From the NCBI GenBank assembly GCA_002773725.1, contig PFAH01000007.1:19485-83484 (forward strand): a stretch of DNA of 64,000 nucleotides, given 5' to 3'. Both the position numbers and the translations under genes were made by a program. Below the pieces are notes generated by a model, which did no database searches, was not told the origin of the DNA, and saw nothing but the letters and a program-made list of their open reading frames with translations. The DNA is from Candidatus Colwellbacteria bacterium CG10_big_fil_rev_8_21_14_0_10_42_22 (lineage in GTDB: Bacteria > Patescibacteriota > Minisyncoccia > UBA6257 > Colwellbacteraceae). Shown piece by piece: positions 57,488 to 64,000 of the stretch. How positions within the stretch are numbered: position 1 is the stretch's first letter; each line of letters starts with the position of its first letter.

Positions 57488-58798
57488 ATGGATTTAAAAG
57501 CTATCATTCAAGCAGTTGACCAAATCGCAGATGAAAAGGGCATAGACCCAAAAAACGTTATAGGCGCAATTGAAAACTCGTTAGCGGCCGCCTATAGGCG
57601 CGAATATCTAGATAGGGGTGCTAATGTCAGAGCGGAGCTTGACCAAAAAACCGGCGAAGTTAGGTTCTTTAGGATAAAAGAGGTTGTCGACGAGACAACC
57701 GTACGAATGGAAGAAGATGACGAGTTTCCACAGGGGGAAGAAAAAGTTGAAGAGAAGCAAAGCGAAGAGGGTGAAAACGAAGAGGGGCGCCTTCCTCGTT
57801 ACAATGAAGAAAGACACATTTTACTCGAAGAAGCCAAAAAAGAGAAAAAAGACGTTCAGTTAGGAGATGAGATTACGACACAGCTTCCTGCTCAGACCGA
57901 CTTCGGGCGCATAGCTGCTCAAAATGCGAAACAAGTTATCTTACAAAATCTTCGTGAGGCAGAAAGAGAATCAATATCAGACGAATTCAAAAATAAAGAG
58001 GGCGCTGTTATTAGTGGAGTAATTCAGCGTTTTGAGAGGGGCAATGTCTATATAGACCTTGGCAGAACCAGCGCAGTTATGTTTGCCAACGAATCTATTC
58101 CGGGAGAGCACTATCGAGTGGGGGACAGATATAGATTCTATATTCTAGCTGTTCAGAAAGAGTTTAAGGGCCCAGGTACGGGTATTGTATTGTCTAGGTC
58201 CCATCCTGATTTTGTGGGAGAACTTTTTGCTATGGAGATTCCGGAAATTGCAGACGGCGTGGTAGAAATCAAAGCCATTGTTAGAGAGCCCGGCTCAAGA
58301 ACTAAGATAGCAGTAAACTCCAATATGGAAGAAATAGACCCCGTTGGTAGTTGTGTCGGCCAAAGGGGCACTCGTATTATGGCTATTTCCAATGAATTAG
58401 GTCAGGAAAAGATAGATGTGGTTGAATGGAGCGAAGATATGGAAGAACTTGTCGCCAACGCCTTGAGTCCAGCCAAAATAAGATCCGTAGAAGTTAATAA
58501 TAATCAAGAAGCCAAAGTTTTGGTTGCAGACGATCAATTAAGTTTGGCGATTGGCAGAGGAGGGCAGAATGTCCGATTAGCCGCTAAGCTTACAAATCTT
58601 AAGATTGACGTTAGAAGCCAAGCGCGTCCCGATGAAGAGCTTGAGGGGGGTGTGGCCGACGTAGAGGACGAAACATCCGAAGAGGGGGATGAAAATATTC
58701 CACAGGAAGATCCAAAAGAAGAAATAAAAAAAGAAGAAAAACCAACCTCCGCCAAGAACGGAGAAAAAGATGTCGACAAAAAAAGAATAGATAAATAA
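57488..58798 (+). CDS. nusA: Transcription termination/antitermination factor NusA (with acidic insertion and tail)
   Basis: NusA N-terminal domain, S1 and two KH domains. Confidence 0.85.
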   Translation: MDLKAIIQAVDQIADEKGIDPKNVIGAIENSLAAAYRREYLDRGANVRAELDQKTGEVRFFRIKEVVDETTVRMEEDDEFPQGEEKVEEKQSEEGENEEGRLPRYNEERHILLEEAKKEKKDVQLGDEITTQLPAQTDFGRIAAQNAKQVILQNLREAERESISDEFKNKEGAVISGVIQRFERGNVYIDLGRTSAVMFANESIPGEHYRVGDRYRFYILAVQKEFKGPGTGIVLSRSHPDFVGELFAMEIPEIADGVVEIKAIVREPGSRTKIAVNSNMEEIDPVGSCVGQRGTRIMAISNELGQEKIDVVEWSEDMEELVANALSPAKIRSVEVNNNQEAKVLVADDQLSLAIGRGGQNVRLAAKLTNLKIDVRSQARPDEELEGGVADVEDETSEEGDENIPQEDPKEEIKKEEKPTSAKNGEKDVDKKRIDK

Positions 58799-60802
58799 AT
58801 GTCTCCATTAACTTTTTCTATTGGGACGGGAGTTTTGGCCATAGCTTACGCCCTGTGGCTTACATATAAAATAAATCGTTATCCTGCTGGCGATAACAAG
58901 ATGCAAGAGATAGCCCAAGCGATTCAAGAAGGGGCTAGGGCATACCTTAATCGCCAATACAGAGCTATAGGTATTGTAGCCATCGTATCAGCTGCTCTTA
59001 TCGGCTATTTTATAGGCCCCGTAGTGATGGCTGGGTTTTTGGTCGGAGCTGTCGCGTCTGGCTTGGCCGGGTACATCGGTATGAATGTAGCCGTTAGGGC
59101 CAACGTTAGAACAACAGAAGCCGCCAAAACCGGCATCCATCAAGCATTCAAGGTTGCTTTTGAGGGGGGCTCCGTGACAGGACTTTTAGTGGTGGGATTG
59201 GCGCTTGTGTCTGTGGCTGGCTTTTATGCAGTAACGGGTAATATCAACGCTCTTATAGGGCTTGGGTTTGGTGGAAGCTTGATATCTGTTTTTGCTAGAT
59301 TAGGTGGTGGGATTTTTACCAAAGGAGCTGATGTAGGAGCCGATCTAGTTGGAAAAGTAGAGGTGGGTATACCGGAGGACGACCCTCGAAACCCGGCCGT
59401 AATAGCAGATAATGTAGGCGATAATGTTGGAGATGACGCTGGTATGGCGGCGGATCTTTTTGAGACATATGCAGTGTCGGCCATCGCTACCATGATTTTG
59501 GGACACTTAGCATTTCCAGGTTTAGAAACGGCTATTATGTTACCTCTTCTTATAGGAGGAATAGCCATTATTGCTTCTATCTTAGGCACTCTCTTTGTGA
59601 AGCTTAATAAAAAAGAAAAACCATTTATTATGGGTGCTCTATATAAAGGACTTGTTGCTTCCAGCATTCTGTCCTTAATTGGTTTTGGTTGGCTTGCGAA
59701 CACATATGGAGAATCTTTTGGGGGCCAAATGTCTAGCGGTGGGATGTTGGGTTCACTTTTAACCGGTATCTTAGTAACCCTCTTTATCGTGGTTATCACA
59801 GAATACTACACATCTACCAAATTCAGACCGGTTCGTTCTATCGCTAAGGCATCTGAAACAGGACATGGAACAAATGTCATCACCGGTCTTTCGGTAGGCA
59901 TGGAATCAACCGCCCTACCTGTACTTGTTATTGTATCGGGCATCTTGGCCACATACTTTTTCGGCGGACTTTACGGTATAGCCCTAGCTGTGATGAGCAT
60001 GCTTTCCATGACTGGCATTATTGTGGCGATTGACGCCTATGGACCAATCACGGATAACGCCGGTGGTATTGCCGAAATGGCAAATCTTCCAGAATCAGTC
60101 CGCAACGTCACTGATCCGCTGGACGCCGTTGGTAACACCACCAAGGCAGTCACCAAAGGATATGCGATTGGCTCCGCAGGTTTGGCGGCGGTGGTTTTGT
60201 TCGCTTCTTATATAGAGGACTTGAGCCAAGGAGGGAATGTTGCTGATATGAATTTTGATTTAAGCGATCCCTATATTATCGCCGGTCTTTTTATAGGTGG
60301 TATGATTCCCTATCTTTTTGCTTCTATATCTATGAGGGCAGTTGGAAAAGCCGCTGGTAGTGTGGTTAAGGAAGTTCGTCGACAATTCAGGGAAATAAAG
60401 GGCATTATGGAGGGGATTACTAAACCCGACTATGCCAAGTGTGTAGACATAGTCACCAAGGCCGCCATTAAAGAGATGATAGTACCGGCACTATTACCGG
60501 TGATAGCGCCTATCCTGGTTGGATTTCTCTTAGGCCCCAAAGCTCTTGGAGGACTTTTGGTTGGCTCAATAGTTACGGGTATCTTTGTGGCTACTTCGAT
60601 GACTTCTGGAGGAGCGGCTTGGGATAATGCTAAAAAATACATCGAAGACGGTAATCTTGGGGGCAAGGGCTCTGAAGCGCACAAGGCGGCTATTACAGGA
60701 GACACAGTGGGCGACCCATATAAGGACACGGCTGGACCAGCCATCAACCCAGTTATTAAGATCATGAACATAATCGCTTTGTTGCTAGTCCCGTTCCTCT
60801 AG
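58799..60802 (+). CDS. hppA: Membrane-bound proton/sodium-translocating pyrophosphatase
   Basis: 16-TM H+-PPase pattern with GDNVGD/DxxxD motifs. Confidence 0.9.
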   Translation: MSPLTFSIGTGVLAIAYALWLTYKINRYPAGDNKMQEIAQAIQEGARAYLNRQYRAIGIVAIVSAALIGYFIGPVVMAGFLVGAVASGLAGYIGMNVAVRANVRTTEAAKTGIHQAFKVAFEGGSVTGLLVVGLALVSVAGFYAVTGNINALIGLGFGGSLISVFARLGGGIFTKGADVGADLVGKVEVGIPEDDPRNPAVIADNVGDNVGDDAGMAADLFETYAVSAIATMILGHLAFPGLETAIMLPLLIGGIAIIASILGTLFVKLNKKEKPFIMGALYKGLVASSILSLIGFGWLANTYGESFGGQMSSGGMLGSLLTGILVTLFIVVITEYYTSTKFRPVRSIAKASETGHGTNVITGLSVGMESTALPVLVIVSGILATYFFGGLYGIALAVMSMLSMTGIIVAIDAYGPITDNAGGIAEMANLPESVRNVTDPLDAVGNTTKAVTKGYAIGSAGLAAVVLFASYIEDLSQGGNVADMNFDLSDPYIIAGLFIGGMIPYLFASISMRAVGKAAGSVVKEVRRQFREIKGIMEGITKPDYAKCVDIVTKAAIKEMIVPALLPVIAPILVGFLLGPKALGGLLVGSIVTGIFVATSMTSGGAAWDNAKKYIEDGNLGGKGSEAHKAAITGDTVGDPYKDTAGPAINPVIKIMNIIALLLVPFL

Positions 60803-60809
60803 CATAGAA

Positions 60810-61406
60810 TTGAAAAGAAATATGGTGATACCAACAGTCATTGAAAAAACAAATAAAGGGGAAAGAGCTTACGATATTTATTCTCGTCTCCTTAAGGACA
60901 GAATAATTTTCATTGGTGGGCCAATAACAAATGCAGTTGCAAACGTTGTTATTGCCCAACTTCTTTTTTTAGAGAACCAAGACCCAAAGAAAGATATAGA
61001 GATTTATATCAACTCCCCGGGCGGTTCAGTGCCGGCAGGTATGGCGATTTATGACACTATGCAATATATCAAGCCGGACGTCGCTACTATCTGTGTCGGC
61101 ACAGCTGCCTCTATGGGTGCATTCTTATTAGCGGCCGGCGCCAAAGGTAAGCGCCACGCCTTACCCAATTCGGAAATTTTATTGCACCAGGTTCACATAG
61201 CCGGCGGAGTTGAGGGTCAAGCTACAGACATAGAAATTTATACCAAACAGATTGTGAAAATAAAGCAAAAGATAAATGAACTCCTTGCTAAACACACCAA
61301 ACAAACTTTGTCTAAGATAGAAAAAGATACTGATAGAGATTTTTGGCTCACAGCCGAAGAAGCTAAAAAATATGGCGTCATTGACGAGGTCATCAAGGCC
61401 AAATAA
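60810..61406 (+). CDS. clpP: ATP-dependent Clp protease proteolytic subunit
   Basis: YINSPGGSV...[18 protein letters not shown] contains the catalytic Ser. His-Asp context is present. Confidence 0.9.
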   Translation: MKRNMVIPTVIEKTNKGERAYDIYSRLLKDRIIFIGGPITNAVANVVIAQLLFLENQDPKKDIEIYINSPGGSVPAGMAIYDTMQYIKPDVATICVGTAASMGAFLLAAGAKGKRHALPNSEILLHQVHIAGGVEGQATDIEIYTKQIVKIKQKINELLAKHTKQTLSKIEKDTDRDFWLTAEEAKKYGVIDEVIKAK

Positions 61407-62607
61407 AAAAGCACACATAGAAAAGCTCTTAACTCGAGGGGTTGATCAGATAATAGTACGCAAGCACTTAGAGCAAGTCCTTGTTGGAAGTAAAAAGCTT
61501 AGAGTTAAGCTCGGGATAGACCCCACTAGCCCCGATCTTCATTTGGGCCACGCGGTAGTTTTAAAAAAGCTTAGAGATTTTCAACAACTTGGACACAAAG
61601 TAGTTCTTATTATAGGCGATTTCACCGCTAGAGTGGGCGATCCTTCCGGCCAATCAAAAGAAAGGCCTATTCTTAGCGAGAAGGAGATAAAAACCAATAC
61701 GAAGGATTATCTTTCTCAGGTTGGGAAAATTATAGATGTTAAAAAGGCAGAGATCAGATATAACAGCGAGTGGTTAGGAAAAGATGTTGGTGAAACTTTA
61801 GAATTAGTCAAAGTTGCTACCCTTAATCAAGTTGGTGAAAGGGCTGATTTTCAAGAGCGAATAAAGAAGGGACAGAAAGTTAGTTTGTTAGAAGCTCTGT
61901 ATCCCCTCTTGCAGGGATTTGATTCTGTAAAAGTCAAAGCAGATGTGGAATTGGGCGGTACGGATCAACTTTTAAACCTTTTGATGGGTAGGCAAGTTCA
62001 GCGTTATTTCGGTATGAAAGAACAGGATATATTAATCACCCCCCTTATAGAGGGGACAGACGGAAGCGCCAAAATGAGCAAATCAAAAGGCAATTACATA
62101 GGTTTAAAAGATTCTCCTGAAGAGATGTTTGGAAAGATAATGGCTATTCCGGATGCGCTTATATATAAATATTTTGAACTTTGTACTGACGCCAACGACT
62201 CGGAGCTGAGAGATATTAAAAAACTTCTCAAGAGTAAAAAGAAAAATCCTATGGAGCTAAAACTGCGATTAGGCAAAGAGATAGTATCTCTATATCACAA
62301 TCAAAAAATGGCCACAGACGCCGAAAAAAAATTTATTAGAGTTTTTTCCAAAAAAGAATTACCCGAAAAGATTGACCTTAAGGTCTTAGACAAAAAAATA
62401 TATGAGATTACGGAGTTGTTGGTAGCTACGGGTATGGCTCCAAGCAAAAGTGAGGCCAGACGTCTTGTCATACAGGGTGGAGTGAAGGTGGGTGGTAAAA
62501 AGGTATTAGATACAGAAAAGAAAATTAAGCTATCAACAGAAAACACTCTTTTACAGGTAGGTAAAAGGAGATTCTTAGAGGTTAGGATCCCAAAACCACT
62601 CAATTAG
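61372..62607 (+). CDS. tyrS: Tyrosine--tRNA ligase
   Basis: HLGH and KMSKS motifs plus a C-terminal S4-like domain. The annotated start overlaps clpP by 35 bp, so the true start may be slightly downstream. Confidence 0.85.
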   Translation: MASLTRSSRPNKKAHIEKLLTRGVDQIIVRKHLEQVLVGSKKLRVKLGIDPTSPDLHLGHAVVLKKLRDFQQLGHKVVLIIGDFTARVGDPSGQSKERPILSEKEIKTNTKDYLSQVGKIIDVKKAEIRYNSEWLGKDVGETLELVKVATLNQVGERADFQERIKKGQKVSLLEALYPLLQGFDSVKVKADVELGGTDQLLNLLMGRQVQRYFGMKEQDILITPLIEGTDGSAKMSKSKGNYIGLKDSPEEMFGKIMAIPDALIYKYFELCTDANDSELRDIKKLLKSKKKNPMELKLRLGKEIVSLYHNQKMATDAEKKFIRVFSKKELPEKIDLKVLDKKIYEITELLVATGMAPSKSEARRLVIQGGVKVGGKKVLDTEKKIKLSTENTLLQVGKRRFLEVRIPKPLN

Positions 62608-63079
62608 AAAATTCGTTCGCGGTTATCGAGTCCAAAAGCTCCACCTCAAAAACTAGGGTCGCATTTGGTGGAATTGGTCCACCCGGCGTACCCGTTGTTC
62701 CATAGGCCAATTCAGGGGATATGATTAACTTTCTTCTTTCGCCTATCTTCATACCCTCAACCCCTAATTCCCACCCAGGAATTACTTGACCAGCTCCTAG
62801 TATAAAAGCAAATGGCTCACCCCTGTCTATGCTGGAATCAAATTTAGTGCCGTCTTCTAACCAGCCGGTATAATGCACCAAAACTGTTTCGCCTCTTTCA
62901 ACTGGACCGCCTTCGCCTTCTCTTAGAACTTCTATTTTCAATTCTTGTTGATTATTCATTTGTTGTTGCGTGTTTTTAACTTGACTTGCGGGGGAAAAAA
63001 GAAAACCCAAAGGTAAGATAAGTGCCCCTGTTAATAGAACAATTAGAGTGTTTTGAAGGAGTTTGTTCTTCGTTTTCAT
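62600..63079 (-). CDS. FKBP-type peptidyl-prolyl cis-trans isomerase (secreted/lipoprotein-like)
   Basis: [18 protein letters not shown]...[13 protein letters not shown] is the FKBP motif. Confidence 0.8.
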   Translation of the reverse strand: MKTKNKLLQNTLIVLLTGALILPLGFLFSPASQVKNTQQQMNNQQELKIEVLREGEGGPVERGETVLVHYTGWLEDGTKFDSSIDRGEPFAFILGAGQVIPGWELGVEGMKIGERRKLIISPELAYGTTGTPGGPIPPNATLVFEVELLDSITANEFSN

Positions 63080-63091
63080 TAACTAGCGATT

Positions 63092-63493
63092 CTACTGAGA
63101 CAGAGTACCTATAAAATATTCATCAAGGGTTTTTCGAGCATTTTCAGAGTGGGGCGTGCCCGAACCCGTCGGTCTTGTCTCAAAAAGAACAGTTGCATCT
63201 TTACCGCACCCTTCTATAACCGAATCACCGCCCGGGTGAACAGAAGCGAAATGAGACAAATCGTAAACTTTGCCATTAATCGCCACCCAACAGTCCTCTT
63301 CGATTCCGTGAGTAGCAATGTCTTCTAGGGAGTAGGTTGCCTCAGACGGATCTTTCATTTCCTCAATAGCGCCTTCCTCTTCGTTGTCCACTTCTTCTTG
63401 AGCGGTTTCTATGGACATGCCTTGTTGCCAAATATAAAATCCCGCCAAAGCAACGATTATCACCCCCAACCCTATTAGCAATATCTTTTTCAT
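63092..63493 (-). CDS. Membrane-anchored cytochrome b5-like heme-binding domain protein
   Basis: N-terminal TM helix and a cyt-b5 motif (...HPGGDSVIEGCGKDAT...). Confidence 0.65.
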   Translation of the reverse strand: MKKILLIGLGVIIVALAGFYIWQQGMSIETAQEEVDNEEEGAIEEMKDPSEATYSLEDIATHGIEEDCWVAINGKVYDLSHFASVHPGGDSVIEGCGKDATVLFETRPTGSGTPHSENARKTLDEYFIGTLSQ

Positions 63494-63495
63494 CT

Positions 63496-63957
63496 TTATT
63501 GTTTTTTATTTTCTCTAAGTTTAAGCACCTGAAGAGCCCCAATCAATAGGAACCCCGTCAGAGCCATCATAGGGATTGTGATATATCCTAAATTGAAACC
63601 AAACGAAGAAGAGCATCCCAGCCCTAATTCATCAAAATTACAAAAGCTAGCTTCTGTTGCTCCTATTTGAAGAAGATAATGGTAGCCAGCCAAAAGTGCT
63701 CCCAAGAAAGAGAGAATTAAACTGTTTATATAAGTAATTTTTTTATCCCCTTTTAGGAAAAGGGCAACTCCCAGCATTACTACTTGTGGATACATTAGTA
63801 TTCTTTGGTACCAACAAAGCTGACAGGGAACATATCCTAGAATTTCTGAATAAACCAAACTACCCAAGGTTGAAATTAGGGCTACCCCAAAAGCAATTAG
63901 AATAGCGTGCGTCTTGATTAATCCGAGCCACCCATCCTTTTTTAATAAAATTGACAC
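63496..63957 (-). CDS. Disulfide bond formation protein B (DsbB/BdbC family)
   Basis: 4-TM protein with CQLCWYQR and a second Cys pair. Confidence 0.6.
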   Translation of the reverse strand: MSILLKKDGWLGLIKTHAILIAFGVALISTLGSLVYSEILGYVPCQLCWYQRILMYPQVVMLGVALFLKGDKKITYINSLILSFLGALLAGYHYLLQIGATEASFCNFDELGLGCSSSFGFNLGYITIPMMALTGFLLIGALQVLKLRENKKQ

Positions 63958-64000
63958 CCAAATAGCTAAAATCGCTAGTTGAGAAATTAAAGTCAGTGTC

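Overview
This window is a low-GC (~40%) bacterial chromosome segment dominated by housekeeping genes. Its small-protein repertoire resembles Patescibacteria/CPR, but that is inference only.

**Main content**
- The replication origin region: rpmH-rnpA-yidC-jag on the minus strand, divergent from dnaA-dnaN on the plus strand.
- A type IV secretion (T4SS)-like locus at 7403-13911: VirB6-like membrane protein, PrgI/VirB3-like protein and VirB4 ATPase.
- Three tandem T4SS-pilin-like paralogs at 47863-49559.
- Recognisable housekeeping genes: pilB, gyrA, ftsH, rpsA, pnp, nusA, hppA, clpP, tyrS, ruvA/ruvB/ruvC, comM, hpt, uvrD-like, ksgA, mutM, uppS and xerC/D.
- Three tRNA genes.

**Most notable feature**
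A complete diversity-generating retroelement (DGR) sits at ~31.5-34.2 kb. It has a target gene with a C-terminal variable repeat (VR), a downstream UUCG hairpin, a 135-bp template repeat (TR), an Avd-like accessory gene and a DGR-type reverse transcriptase. All 14 TR/VR differences fall on TR adenines. The DGR is flanked by a free-standing LAGLIDADG-like endonuclease gene and an IS1595-family transposase.

**Other observations**
- Three GC-rich (~57-60%) patches stand out from the ~40% background: hpt (3165-3692), the DGR target gene plus TR, and a three-gene island (49620-51990) beside tRNA-Leu.
- A tRNA-Ile(UAU) locus carries tRNA-fragment duplications and 65-bp tandem repeats.
- A 30-bp intergenic repeat family occurs three times within 2 kb.
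- Two unannotated mini-ORFs: one extremely acidic (48 aa), one lysine-rich basic (46 aa).
- Several strong intrinsic terminators.
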